The position numbers and the translations under genes are program-made. 64,000 nucleotides of DNA from a virus. Position 1 is the stretch's first letter, and every line of letters starts with the position of its first letter. The notes under the pieces were generated by a model. The model was given only the letters and a program-made list of their open reading frames with translations, was not told the origin of the DNA and searched no databases. Below are positions 27,961 through 37,777 of the stretch, one piece after another. The stretch lies in the IMG/VR virus record IMGVR_UViG_3300021226_000189, one strand, 5' to 3'.

Positions 27961-28175
27961 CGAAACCAGAAGATATCATTACCTTTGGTAAATACAAAGG
28001 TAAATCATTCGAAGAAATTTCTGATATTGAACCATTGTATATTCTGTGGTTGGATGAAAATGTTGATAGTGTTAAGTTACCTAAAAAATGGGTTGAACTG
28101 GTCGAATGGGATGTGAGGGATCAAGAAGAAATACTATTAGATGCTTGGTGTGATTGGTATGCGAGATATGACTGA
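27957..28175 (+). CDS. Small FGKYKG-motif (DUF3820-like) protein
   Basis: ITFGKYKGK..EEI...YILWL. Confidence 0.65.
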   Translation: MTKPEDIITFGKYKGKSFEEISDIEPLYILWLDENVDSVKLPKKWVELVEWDVRDQEEILLDAWCDWYARYD

Positions 28176-28797
28176 TTTTCAAAAAAGAATTTACAACTCC
28201 CACCTTGCGATTTCTCGTAAGATGCGCGATAAACCATTTCGGATTCGTAAGGATTTCTCTGATATGGATCAGACTAAAATTGATCAACTTGCCAGTCTGG
28301 AGAGATTTTTCAACAGCTATCAAAATGTAAAAATTGATGACTATTTTTCTGCTCCTTATGTGATTTTCGAGGATGATGACTACTTTGATTTGGATTTTTT
28401 CTTGACTTCCAAAGCAAAGAAAGTATACTCTCAATACATGAAGAAAATCGAGACGGATGATCCCGATTCGGAAACTTCTCTCAGACGATTAGTGGATAGT
28501 CTTAAATTTGTCAGAGACTTTTGTAAAGAAAAGGGCTTGACTTTGGAGAAATATCCGTTATATATTGAGAACGCTTTACCAAATATTATTGATCATTTGA
28601 AGAATCATCGTATAAATATGTATACGCTCCATGCTTTAGGTGTTTCAAAAATCGAGGTAGAGAGTCGTATTCTGGATTTTATTTTCTCAGACTTTTGGAT
28701 TACGTTTCAAAAAACGAAAAACAAATTTTATCTGTCGAAAAAAATGAAGGAATTATCAAAACAAGCATTGACTAAAATACAAAATCAACTACAATAA
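28168..28797 (+). CDS. Probable helicase loader (gp59-like)
   Basis: About 210 aa directly before gp32, the T4 gp59 position; little direct motif evidence. Confidence 0.4.
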   Translation: MTDFQKRIYNSHLAISRKMRDKPFRIRKDFSDMDQTKIDQLASLERFFNSYQNVKIDDYFSAPYVIFEDDDYFDLDFFLTSKAKKVYSQYMKKIETDDPDSETSLRRLVDSLKFVRDFCKEKGLTLEKYPLYIENALPNIIDHLKNHRINMYTLHALGVSKIEVESRILDFIFSDFWITFQKTKNKFYLSKKMKELSKQALTKIQNQLQ

Positions 28798-28809
28798 CTA
28801 AACAACAAT

Positions 28810-29727
28810 ATGGCAACAAAAACAAAAAGCAAATTCGGCGCAGCTATGTTCGATTCGATCAAAGCAGCATTAAACAAGAACAGTGAGTCATCTGGTGGAC
28901 AATTCTCAAATATCATGAGTTTTCCCGCTGGTTATACTTACACTCTTCGATTGATTCCAAACGTGGAAGACCCTGAAAAGACTCTCTTCCATCATTGGGT
29001 ACATGGTTGGAATAGTAAGGCGACTGGCTCTTACATGAGTTTCTTAGGTCTTCAAACATTTGGTGATCGTGATCCGATTTCTGAATTGCGTTGGAAGCTT
29101 TGGAAAGCATGGAAAGAAGTTAATCCAAAAGTGGAGAATAAAGAATATAAAGCTGAAATCACCCAAAAAGAACAATGGTTGGTGAATGTTTATGTGATTG
29201 ATGATCCAGCTAAACCTGAAAACAATGGCACTGTCAAGATTCTTCGTATGGGTCCTCAACTCAAGAAGATTATTGATGATGCTACTGAAGGTGAGCGTTC
29301 CGATGAACTTGGTTGGGATATCTTTGATCCTACTAAAGGACACGATTTCAAAATCGTAGTTGAAAAGAAAGGTGATTACACTACATTCGAGCGTTCTTTC
29401 ATCACCACTAAGTCCAAAACCGTTTTGGATGAGGAGGAAATTGATAAGATCTGTGAATCTCTTCATGATTTGGAAGCAATTTATTCTGTGAAAACTTATG
29501 ATGAACTTCAAGAAGTTCTCAATGAACACTTCTTCGTTGGTGAAGAAAAAGAAGAGCGCAAACCCTTGGCTAAAGCTAAAAAAGAGGTGGTTGTGACTGA
29601 AGATGAGGATGAAGATGATGACATTCCCATGTTTCACGAAAAACCCAAAGCGGTAGCGACAACTAAAAAGAAAGTAGTCGATGATGATGAAGATATTGAT
29701 GATCTTCTCGCTGGTTTAGACAACTAA
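28810..29727 (+). CDS. gp32: Single-stranded DNA binding protein gp32
   Basis: LRLIP, HHWVHG, NVYVIDDP..PENNG.VK, DIFDP..G.DF; acidic tail ending DDLLAGLDN. Confidence 0.9.
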   Translation: MATKTKSKFGAAMFDSIKAALNKNSESSGGQFSNIMSFPAGYTYTLRLIPNVEDPEKTLFHHWVHGWNSKATGSYMSFLGLQTFGDRDPISELRWKLWKAWKEVNPKVENKEYKAEITQKEQWLVNVYVIDDPAKPENNGTVKILRMGPQLKKIIDDATEGERSDELGWDIFDPTKGHDFKIVVEKKGDYTTFERSFITTKSKTVLDEEEIDKICESLHDLEAIYSVKTYDELQEVLNEHFFVGEEKEERKPLAKAKKEVVVTEDEDEDDDIPMFHEKPKAVATTKKKVVDDDEDIDDLLAGLDN

Positions 29728-29737
29728 TCCTCAACCC

Positions 29738-29774
29738 ACCCTCTCCATCAATCAGTGGAGAGGGTTTCCCCTTT
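29738..29774 (+). terminator. Intrinsic terminator-like hairpin after gp32
   Basis: ACCCTCTCCA-N8-TGGAGAGGGT perfect 10-bp stem followed by a pyrimidine run. Confidence 0.7.
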
Positions 29775-29782
29775 AATAAATT

Positions 29783-30244
29783 ATGAGTAATATTCCCGAA
29801 GAAATCGAAGCAATGGCATTTTTGATTGGTCAATCCAAACAGATGGATGATCTGTGGGTTGATAGACCTGACACATTAGTGACAGATACCTCAACATTGA
29901 AAAGAGGTATGAGTGATTATATCCAACAACAGAGACGGATACAACAACCGCAAGTCGCGTTACCAACACATCCTCTCCAATATCCACAAGTTCCACAACC
30001 ACCCATTGTTCCAATTCCTAATTATGTCCCACCACAGGAATTACCCCAAGTCCAGCAAAAAGTGGATGACGGGCAATTGGAACTGAATTTCGAACCAACT
30101 AAAGTGGATGAAATTATTATTTTGTTGAAAGAAATTTCTACAAAATTGACAAAACAGAATAATATGCTAGAAAAGCATTATGCAAATAAATCTAAACAGA
30201 AAACCCTTTCAGAACCTGTTACTAAGCTTATCCCAAATAAGTGA
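29783..30244 (+). CDS. Hypothetical protein, Q/P-rich centre
   Basis: 153 aa ORF. Confidence 0.6.
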   Translation: MSNIPEEIEAMAFLIGQSKQMDDLWVDRPDTLVTDTSTLKRGMSDYIQQQRRIQQPQVALPTHPLQYPQVPQPPIVPIPNYVPPQELPQVQQKVDDGQLELNFEPTKVDEIIILLKEISTKLTKQNNMLEKHYANKSKQKTLSEPVTKLIPNK

Positions 30245-30887
30245 TACATGCGTTTTGGAAATGAAAGATGATGGCATACATGGAATTTCCTCTAGTGAGG
30301 ACAACTCCATGTATGCTCATGCTTATCTCAAAGGTGATTTTGAGGAACAAAATCTAAATTTACCGTCTCTAAAGAAACTTTCCAAAGCACTTGATATGGT
30401 ATCGTCTGATACTATCAAGTTAAAATTGAATGGTAATCATTTGGAGTATAAAGATAAGCAAATCAAATTCAAATATCATCTACATGAAGATGGTGTTATC
30501 ACTAGACCTAAGTTGTCCTTGGAAAAGATTCGTAATTTTGAATACGGTATCGAATTCGAATTGGATTTTGATTTCCTTTCCAATATTCTCCAGAAATCTT
30601 CTATCACTAATACTAAAAAATTGTATATTTCCACAGAAGATGATCATCTGGTGTGGAAAGTTGGGGATGAAACTGTCCCTAATAGCGATTGTTTGAGCAT
30701 CGTGGGAGATGATGTTGATTTTGAATTAAATTCTTTCATTTTGAAGATTGATAATTTGAAATTATTATCTAAAGTATCGAAGACTGGTAATCTATTTAAG
30801 ATCAACTCTAAGTTAGGTGTTGGTTGTATCATCACGAAGAGTGGTGATTTTGAAATGGAATATATTTTTAGCTCATTGAAGAATTAA
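30180..30887 (+). CDS. gp45: Sliding clamp gp45
   Basis: 235 aa with clamp-like alpha/beta periodicity; position in replication block. Confidence 0.7.
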   Translation: MQINLNRKPFQNLLLSLSQISDTCVLEMKDDGIHGISSSEDNSMYAHAYLKGDFEEQNLNLPSLKKLSKALDMVSSDTIKLKLNGNHLEYKDKQIKFKYHLHEDGVITRPKLSLEKIRNFEYGIEFELDFDFLSNILQKSSITNTKKLYISTEDDHLVWKVGDETVPNSDCLSIVGDDVDFELNSFILKIDNLKLLSKVSKTGNLFKINSKLGVGCIITKSGDFEMEYIFSSLKN

Positions 30888-30889
30888 TC

Positions 30890-31096
30890 ATGGACGAAGA
30901 TACAAAATTACAGATAGAAGATGCGAGAGCGACTATTCAAGCTCTCGATCATCAGCAACAGGAAATCTACAATAGTATCAAACATTTAGTCGATCCCGAT
31001 ATCGAGGATTATCTGTGGGACTATTGTTTTAATTGTGAATTCGGTAAAAAAACAGAATTCACCACAAGAATAAAAGAAATTATTTATGGCGATTAA
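30890..31096 (+). CDS. Hypothetical protein
   Basis: 68 aa. Confidence 0.5.
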   Translation: MDEDTKLQIEDARATIQALDHQQQEIYNSIKHLVDPDIEDYLWDYCFNCEFGKKTEFTTRIKEIIYGD

Positions 31097-31340
31097 CGAA
31101 ATTACAGGGAAAGTTATTAAAACATCACCACAGAATTCAGCATATTCTGATGGATGGGATAAAGTATTTGCTAAAAAATCAGCACACGAGTGGCTCAAAA
31201 CCATGCCAGATGTCCGAATGATGGACCCTGATGGCTGGAGACAGAATGATGGTGTCGATATGGATACACCTATCAAATGGTCTGATTTTCAAAAACGTTT
31301 GAATATGTCAACAATTCTTTTTAAGAATCTCAATGTATAA
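31086..31340 (+). CDS. Hypothetical protein
   Basis: 84 aa; MDPDGWR motif. Confidence 0.55.
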   Translation: MAINEITGKVIKTSPQNSAYSDGWDKVFAKKSAHEWLKTMPDVRMMDPDGWRQNDGVDMDTPIKWSDFQKRLNMSTILFKNLNV

Positions 31341-31731
31341 CTTATTCTTAGATGATGTTCGTAGACCCAAAGAAGCATTTCTTTATGGGGAAGGTAAAAT
31401 GTTATGTGAATACTCTGGTGTTCCCAATGGTTGTTGGGAGATCGTGAGGAATTATGATGATTTCGTGAAAATTCTCAACGAAAAAGGACTACCGAGAGCA
31501 ATTTCTTTTGATTGTGATTTGGCGAAAGAACATGTGCAACATTACATGTCAGAAAGTTTAATAACAGGTGTGTATGAGTGGGAAAATTTTCAAAATAAAT
31601 GTGGTATCCACTGTGCAAAATATTTGAAATCTATATTGTCCGATAAAGATGATGTTAGAATATTCATTCACTCTGCTAATGAGTTAGGCAGGGGGATAAT
31701 TAAAAATATACTATCGCAATGGATATTTTAA
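31333..31731 (+). CDS. Cyclic-phosphate-processing receiver-like domain
   Basis: LFLDDVRRP, WEIVRNYDDF, ISFDCDL, IHSAN..G. Confidence 0.7.
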   Translation: MYNLFLDDVRRPKEAFLYGEGKMLCEYSGVPNGCWEIVRNYDDFVKILNEKGLPRAISFDCDLAKEHVQHYMSESLITGVYEWENFQNKCGIHCAKYLKSILSDKDDVRIFIHSANELGRGIIKNILSQWIF

Positions 31732-32681
31732 TAATGGGGGACTAGTATCCATCCTTTATGAATACCCGATTTTGTTGGTTTATTATTCTTTCCTGCTCTT
31801 CTCAATACATTTGGATTAAAATTTTTATTTCGACAAAATTCGTTTATATCATGTGTTGAATACTCTTCACCAGTTAGAACATTTCTAATGATTCGTTTAG
31901 TGTTTTCAAATGCTTTTATATTATCTGTAAATTTCTTATATTTTCTATCCAATCTAATTGATTCGGTGGAATCTTTATACACCCATTTTAAAAAATTAAA
32001 TGCGTCTTTGCATAACCCTATGTTATAAAGATTCACATATTTAGTTTGTGTTATTTTATGTGTTTGTATTCCGATGGATGAAAGATGATTTCGTATGAAA
32101 CTTAAACATTCTAAAGTGCTTAAAAAGCTTACCCGATACTTACCATCTACTATGGTTAAATTACCATCTCCATCGTACAACCCTCTTATGAAATGAGAAT
32201 AATAATCTTCTTTTATTTTCGGAAAATGAAAAATTTTAGATTTATATTCGTCTACACCATGATTTTTTATATATTGACAAAATTCTTTTGATGATATCTG
32301 TATGCTTATTTGTGTGTATGTCTTATCAGTGCGATTATCATAACGATCACGAATTCTAACTGGACTACCAGCACCGATAGCATTTTTAAATTTTGGTAAT
32401 ATATCTTCGTCTCTTACATAAAAACTTAATTTGTAACCATTTTTATGTATACAACCATCTGCCGTGATAAATCCTAACCAATATGCTTTTGCGGGACTAT
32501 CAATATTTTCAAAATAATTCACGTTTAATGGTTGTTTTCTACGCGAAACGACCACTCCATTGGATTCTAAAATTTGTTTTATATTTTTCATACTTGTTTT
32601 GAATTGCGATCTAACTTCATATATTTTCCCACATTTTAGATACGCATCCACGACTTCTTTTTCCTTTTCAAATATTGACAT
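31728..32681 (-). mobile_element. Free-standing two-motif LAGLIDADG homing endonuclease
   Basis: YWLGFITADG and FIRGLYDGDG motifs; antisense insertion. Confidence 0.85.
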
Positions 32682-32708
32682 AATAATAATTTGGTGTAAA
32701 TATATTTA
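32675..32708. promoter_or_regulatory. Overlapping divergent promoters
   Basis: TTGACA 32675-32680 (+) 16 nt before the palindrome TAAATATATTTA 32697-32708. Confidence 0.4.
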
Positions 32709-32726
32709 ACTCCACAATCTAAAAAA

Positions 32727-33251
32727 ATGATAAAAAGAATATTTATTGATTGCGACGAGACACTTATATTCGGGGATAGACAATTAAGAGAGAAAAAAGA
32801 TTGTGATTTCACTATCGTATTGGAATACGGTGGTATTTACGATGTTAAAGTAAGACCTTCAGCGCACGATGTTATCAATTTAGCACGTAATTACGTTGGA
32901 ATCGACAATGTTTATCTATTAACAATTGCCACTAGAGAATATGCAACAGAAATTTCTGTTCAAGCTAATTTCGGATTCACCTCCGATAATATAATCTCTA
33001 GAGAGGACATCAACGAAGCAAGATTTAATACGATGTATGGTGGATATCAATACGGAACGAATGTGAATCTGTCTCATTCTGATAATGTGTTAATCGACAA
33101 TCTCCCAGTAAGAGAGAATGGACAAAAAATGATATACATCGGTATTAAACCAGATCGTTATCTGAACATCACGCCTTATTATGGATTCGATTTAAAAGAT
33201 GATGATTTCTATTCATCAGTGGAAAATTTTCTCTTGCAAAAATCCAAATGA
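32727..33251 (+). CDS. HAD-superfamily phosphatase (FCP1/NIF-like)
   Basis: IFIDCDETL, VRP, T..YA, LIDN. Confidence 0.75.
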   Translation: MIKRIFIDCDETLIFGDRQLREKKDCDFTIVLEYGGIYDVKVRPSAHDVINLARNYVGIDNVYLLTIATREYATEISVQANFGFTSDNIISREDINEARFNTMYGGYQYGTNVNLSHSDNVLIDNLPVRENGQKMIYIGIKPDRYLNITPYYGFDLKDDDFYSSVENFLLQKSK

Positions 33252-33592
33252 CAGTAAATATTTCTATGAAGAATAATATCACCACGCAGGGTTATTTTGT
33301 TAAAAGATTGAGAGATTCTGGTTTTGTTGTTGTGAAAATGTTTGACCAATATGGTCAACACGATCCTCGTAAATGGACTGTGATGGTAGATCCGAGTAAT
33401 ACATCTGTCATCATTACTTGTTATCAAAATAAAGAATTCAAAGGTGATGTGTTATTTGAAATCAATGATGGTGGTAATCGATTTATTAAAAATTTTAATC
33501 TGAAAACCCAAAGTATGGAGATTATTATCACCACTTTGATTGAAAAAGGTATTGGTCAGATCGAAAACGATTCAGTCTATAAAAAAGACTAA
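33248..33592 (+). CDS. Hypothetical protein
   Basis: 114 aa. Confidence 0.6.
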   Translation: MTVNISMKNNITTQGYFVKRLRDSGFVVVKMFDQYGQHDPRKWTVMVDPSNTSVIITCYQNKEFKGDVLFEINDGGNRFIKNFNLKTQSMEIIITTLIEKGIGQIENDSVYKKD

Positions 33593-33595
33593 ATA
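33590..33595 (+). promoter_or_regulatory. Late promoter TAAATA
   Basis: 5 nt before ATG 33601. Confidence 0.6.
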
Positions 33596-33600
33596 TTATT

Positions 33601-33912
33601 ATGGAAAAGGGTGAAGAACCACCTGATGAGGTGTTTGTGGATGAAAAAGTTTTAGAAATCCTTCGTGAATCTTTGAAGCAAAAACTTAAAAAAGAAAGAA
33701 AGGGTAATAAAAATCATATTAAAAATGCTCTCAAAGCGACAATGCAAGAATTTTTAGCATGTGGTAAATTGTTTGGGTATGATTTAGACGGTAATATCGT
33801 CGAAATATCATTTCATAATAATAAATTAGAGGATAATGCCATGCAAAATCTTTTCGTTCAGAAATTCGGAGAATTCATGGCTGGAAGAATGAATATTCAA
33901 GATGATATTTGA
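33601..33912 (+). CDS. Hypothetical protein (late promoter)
   Basis: 103 aa; TAAATA-N5-ATG. Confidence 0.6.
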   Translation: MEKGEEPPDEVFVDEKVLEILRESLKQKLKKERKGNKNHIKNALKATMQEFLACGKLFGYDLDGNIVEISFHNNKLEDNAMQNLFVQKFGEFMAGRMNIQDDI

Positions 33913-34189
33913 TTTATTAAAATCTAAAATCAAAAAAGGCGATGTCTATGCTGTGCAAGCGGGGGATTTCGTTGGTCAATTTTTTAATTATGTCACTAAA
34001 AGTGATGACTGTTATCATTTTCTTTCTACTCCTTTGATGGAGATACAGAAAGTCCCGAAAAAAGAATTTGACTTTGCAAAAGAACAAGGTATTATTGAAT
34101 ACGTTGAAACTCTTCCAAGAAATATCTTCAAAGTTATCCAAGCGGAATACGAACACCAATCAAAAAAGAATGGTGGTAATTCCAAGTGA
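33902..34189 (+). CDS. Hypothetical protein
   Basis: 95 aa. Confidence 0.55.
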   Translation: MIFDLLKSKIKKGDVYAVQAGDFVGQFFNYVTKSDDCYHFLSTPLMEIQKVPKKEFDFAKEQGIIEYVETLPRNIFKVIQAEYEHQSKKNGGNSK

Positions 34190-35186
34190 TTACGTAATTT
34201 CTAAATTTTACGAATACGGTTACAAAGTAAATCGTAGTGGTGATGTTTATAATTGCTGTTGTCCCATATGTAGAGAGGGTAAGAGTTGGGGGCGTAAAAA
34301 GAGATGTTTTTACATTCCAGAGAACGATAACATATTTTGCCATAACTGTGGCTGGTCATCCAAACCATACAAGTGGATTAAGGAAGTCTCGGGTATGTCT
34401 TTCAATCAAATTGTAGATGAAATTGAAAAAGGTAATTATGGGATGATAAATGTTATGGATTTAGAAGAAAAGGAAGAAAAACCTAAAATTATATCTTCTT
34501 TACCGCTCGATAGTATCAATTTATTCGATAAAAATCAGACAGATTATTATAAAAATAATAAAATTGTCCAAAAAGCATTAGATTATATCAAAGAAAGACG
34601 ATTGGATAAAGCGGTAAATCGTCCTGATGCTTTTTATCTATCTCTAAAAGATGAGAAGCATGATAAGCGTTTGGTGATCCCGTTCAAAGACGAGTCGGGT
34701 AAGATTATTTATTACCAATCGAGAAAGATTTTAGATGATGAATCCTCAAGTTATCTGTCAAAAGACGGTGGAGATCGAAGTATTTTTGGAATCGAGAGAA
34801 TTTCATCCGAGTTGGATAAAGTCTTCATCATAGAAGGTCCATTGGATGCCTGTTTTGTTAGGAATGGTCTTGGTCTTGGGGGTATTACTAAAGGTGAACA
34901 ATTGTTTACTTTTAGTCAACAAGAACAAATAGACAGTTTGAACTTTTTTGAGAGGATTTGGGTGCTTGATAGCCAATGGATTGACAAAACTGCACGAGAA
35001 AAGACCCTGAAGCTCATTGAGATGGGAGAGAAAGTCTTTATTTGGCCTGAATATGACGGAAAACGCTTCAAAGACATAAATGCCGTATGTATGGCTTATG
35101 AAATGAATGAATACCCAACAGATTTAATTCTAAAGAACACCCATAAGGGTTTGGCAGCAACAGTGAAGATGAAATTGATAAAATAA
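34170..35186 (+). CDS. gp61: DNA primase gp61
   Basis: Zn finger CPIC...CHNC; TOPRIM EGPLD and D.QWID; KD.N. Confidence 0.92.
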   Translation: MVVIPSDYVISKFYEYGYKVNRSGDVYNCCCPICREGKSWGRKKRCFYIPENDNIFCHNCGWSSKPYKWIKEVSGMSFNQIVDEIEKGNYGMINVMDLEEKEEKPKIISSLPLDSINLFDKNQTDYYKNNKIVQKALDYIKERRLDKAVNRPDAFYLSLKDEKHDKRLVIPFKDESGKIIYYQSRKILDDESSSYLSKDGGDRSIFGIERISSELDKVFIIEGPLDACFVRNGLGLGGITKGEQLFTFSQQEQIDSLNFFERIWVLDSQWIDKTAREKTLKLIEMGEKVFIWPEYDGKRFKDINAVCMAYEMNEYPTDLILKNTHKGLAATVKMKLIK

Positions 35187-35187
35187 T

Positions 35188-35622
35188 ATGAGTGAAATGG
35201 AAAAATATTTATTTGTAGGTGGAAAAGCGGATGGTCACATGATTATGTTGAATCGTAACCATCACCATCACCAAATTCCTTACCTAGATGCAGAATTTAG
35301 CGGTGAGTATCACGAACATACTCCAGTTAAAGCGGAATTGTATCGGAAAATTAAATGGGAGAGCGGAGACAGAGAAATATTTGAATTTTTCGCATTAGAG
35401 TCTCTTTCAAACTCTGAGGTTATGAGTATTATATTGAATAATTATAAACCAAAGCAAGAGGTTAGAGAAAATAAATTAATCAGTGAAATGAAATTTTTAT
35501 TAAACGAGTGTATATCAATGTTGAATTTTGCTCATCCTTATATAACTATATGGTCAGATAGTAATATGATATCAAAACATATTTCAAAAATTCACAAGTT
35601 TCTAAATTTGAATAAAAACTAG
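35188..35622 (+). CDS. Hypothetical protein
   Basis: 144 aa; LFVGG.ADG start. Confidence 0.55.
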   Translation: MSEMEKYLFVGGKADGHMIMLNRNHHHHQIPYLDAEFSGEYHEHTPVKAELYRKIKWESGDREIFEFFALESLSNSEVMSIILNNYKPKQEVRENKLISEMKFLLNECISMLNFAHPYITIWSDSNMISKHISKIHKFLNLNKN

Positions 35623-35636
35623 AATATACTGAAATT

Positions 35637-35876
35637 ATGATTGATTACAAAGAATTATTCGACTGGCTAGATGAAAATGCTAGCGAACTTGTATGTGAAA
35701 CATGGGCTATCGCTGATACTGGTGAATACGACTCACAGTGGGTGGTCTATGAGGGATATGGTAAAGAACGAAAAGCCATGGGGTGGGGTTCTACGCCTGA
35801 TAAAGCAATCCATGATGCAATGAAAGATTCCGAAGATCCGACGAAATATAATTACATTCCACCAGAATATAGATAA
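35637..35876 (+). CDS. Hypothetical protein
   Basis: 79 aa. Confidence 0.55.
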   Translation: MIDYKELFDWLDENASELVCETWAIADTGEYDSQWVVYEGYGKERKAMGWGSTPDKAIHDAMKDSEDPTKYNYIPPEYR

Positions 35877-35878
35877 TC

Positions 35879-36295
35879 TTACTGAGACTTCTTTGCAGTC
35901 AGAAACGCTTGCTGAAGAGCAGCAAGGTCAGAAGCAATTCGACCGATTTTAACTTGTTGGTTTTTCAGATTACCTAAAATAGACTCTGGATTTGCCGTGG
36001 CAAGGACACTTTGAATACTATTTGGCTGATCGCCGTTGAGATATCCAAGGAATTTGTCAATATTCGCAGACCATTTATCGATAACGCTAACCATTTGCTC
36101 ATTTTGTCGAGCTACAGCATCACCAATTTCATCTACCGCATCTGGATCAGGTTCAACATCCACATCGTAATCATCCATGGATACATCATCATCCAGTGAC
36201 ATTTCAGCAGCATCACGCTCTAAAGTAGGATCGATATCGAGTTCAGGAGCTTCTTTGAGTAATTTGAGGAATTTAGCTTTGAATTTGTTCTGCAT
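35879..36295 (-). CDS. Probable internal head protein
   Basis: Leader FKAKFLKLLKEA, acidic segment; antisense, own TAAATA-N5-ATG. Confidence 0.55.
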   Translation of the reverse strand: MQNKFKAKFLKLLKEAPELDIDPTLERDAAEMSLDDDVSMDDYDVDVEPDPDAVDEIGDAVARQNEQMVSVIDKWSANIDKFLGYLNGDQPNSIQSVLATANPESILGNLKNQQVKIGRIASDLAALQQAFLTAKKSQ

Positions 36296-36300
36296 ATCTT

Positions 36301-36306
36301 TATTTA
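36301..36306 (-). promoter_or_regulatory. Late promoter TAAATA
   Basis: 5 nt before ATG 36295. Confidence 0.65.
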
Positions 36307-36345
36307 GTGGAATTGGTGTTAAAAAACTAGAATATATTAGTAATT

Positions 36346-36564
36346 GTGAAAAAGAAAGACTTGATTAAAGCATTGGAAAAATTTGAAGATGATGACCGTA
36401 TCATGATCGGTGATGGAGTATGGTCGTGGGTTCCTAAAATTACTAGAATATGTGGTGGGAGACAAAAATATATGCCATATTACTGTATCCGTGAGAAAGG
36501 ACATGAAGGGGATTGTTATTGCGGGTGTAAGTATGTTGATTTTGAAGCTGAAACATACGATTAA
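36346..36564 (+). CDS. Small Cys/His-containing hypothetical protein
   Basis: C...C..GH.G.C.C pattern. Confidence 0.5.
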   Translation: MKKKDLIKALEKFEDDDRIMIGDGVWSWVPKITRICGGRQKYMPYYCIREKGHEGDCYCGCKYVDFEAETYD

Positions 36565-36568
36565 TTGT

Positions 36569-36574
36569 TAAATA
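36569..36574 (+). promoter_or_regulatory. Late promoter TAAATA
   Basis: 5 nt before ATG 36580. Confidence 0.6.
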
Positions 36575-36579
36575 ATAAC

Positions 36580-36933
36580 ATGTCTGCTTCCAATTCTCCA
36601 TATTCCACCGCTATTGCTTCAGGAGCCATCGATTTCGACTTTGAAAGTTCACTAAATCCGTCCCAACAAATGAGAAAATATAAAACGGATGAAAAATTGG
36701 CAGAAGCACCTCATACTTTACCGTTTGAGTTTGGAGATCTACCACAATCGTTGGCAAACATTGTAGATAATGCGTTCGCTGCGTCTTCCAAGTTGGAGAA
36801 CATCATAAAAATGGAAAAATATCAGAAAAATGGTGATTTGATCAAGTTGAAAGGTAATCTGGAAAAAATGATCATGTATTTGATGGAAAATGGTGATAAA
36901 ACTCTTGAAAAATACACCATAGGTAACGAATAA
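36580..36933 (+). CDS. Hypothetical protein (late promoter)
   Basis: TAAATA-N5-ATG at 36580; track's MLNNN extension is the promoter. Confidence 0.6.
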   Translation: MSASNSPYSTAIASGAIDFDFESSLNPSQQMRKYKTDEKLAEAPHTLPFEFGDLPQSLANIVDNAFAASSKLENIIKMEKYQKNGDLIKLKGNLEKMIMYLMENGDKTLEKYTIGNE

Positions 36934-36955
36934 AAAACTAGATTACAATCAGGGT

Positions 36956-37147
36956 ATGTTCGAGATACCCGATAAATCAGATTTAACACATATTAACACT
37001 TATGAACCACTGGTTCAATTGTTAATCCTTAAAGACATTTGTCATAAAATTTATATCAATCGCAATATTTCCATGTCTCAGGAGAATATTATTGACAATC
37101 TGGAGAAAATTGATATTCTCTTTAGAGATAGAGAAAATTTTAATTAA
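36956..37147 (+). CDS. Hypothetical protein
   Basis: 63 aa. Confidence 0.4.
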   Translation: MFEIPDKSDLTHINTYEPLVQLLILKDICHKIYINRNISMSQENIIDNLEKIDILFRDRENFN

Positions 37148-37148
37148 T

Positions 37149-37547
37149 ATGACCAAGAAAAAGAAAAATCGACAAAAATGGCTTACTGACAAGCTTAAAG
37201 GTGACTGGAAAGACAAGGATTATATCATTGAAATTGTTTTATTTGAGTCTCTAATTCATTATGTGGAAAAGGAAAATGATCTTATTTTCAACGAAAAAGT
37301 TTGGGCGGACGAGCTTGACAAAGGCCATATCGATCAAGATACGATTGATAAAATCAGAAAACGATATGAAGAGTTGAGACAAGCATATCTTTATTTGAAA
37401 AATGAACGTCCTGAGCTAGAACGTCAAGTTGATAATTGGGAAGGGGAGAACATTAAAGAATTTGATGCGTTGGAAAAATCTCTATCGTCTAAAGATACGG
37501 AGATTATGAACACAATTGTGAAGTATAGAGAATACATGTGGACATGA
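37149..37547 (+). CDS. Hypothetical protein
   Basis: Helical ORF ending YREYMWT. Confidence 0.6.
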   Translation: MTKKKKNRQKWLTDKLKGDWKDKDYIIEIVLFESLIHYVEKENDLIFNEKVWADELDKGHIDQDTIDKIRKRYEELRQAYLYLKNERPELERQVDNWEGENIKEFDALEKSLSSKDTEIMNTIVKYREYMWT

Positions 37548-37777
37548 AAGCAAATTATAGGGGTTTTGAAATAGAATCGAAAAGTGAAAAATCTTTAGGT
37601 GGATGGAATGAAGTCTATTGGAGTGCTTATCGAACATCAGATGGTTATGAATTAGCTTGTGGATTCGGTGACGGCACTGTTCGAGAGATGTTTTCTTGTA
37701 TGAAAACAATCGTAGATAGGTTTATTGATGAATATGATGAAAATGTAGAAGAATATGAAAAACATGAAGGATATTAG
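37538..37777 (+). CDS. Hypothetical protein
   Basis: 79 aa. Confidence 0.5.
   Translation: MDMKANYRGFEIESKSEKSLGGWNEVYWSAYRTSDGYELACGFGDGTVREMFSCMKTIVDRFIDEYDENVEEYEKHEGY

Noticed and set aside
29044-29637. 197-aa minus-strand ORF and the many other 60-150 aa overlapping ORFs in the track
   Set aside because: They are antisense or alternate-frame shadows of well-supported genes (here gp32) with no motifs, promoters or coupling.
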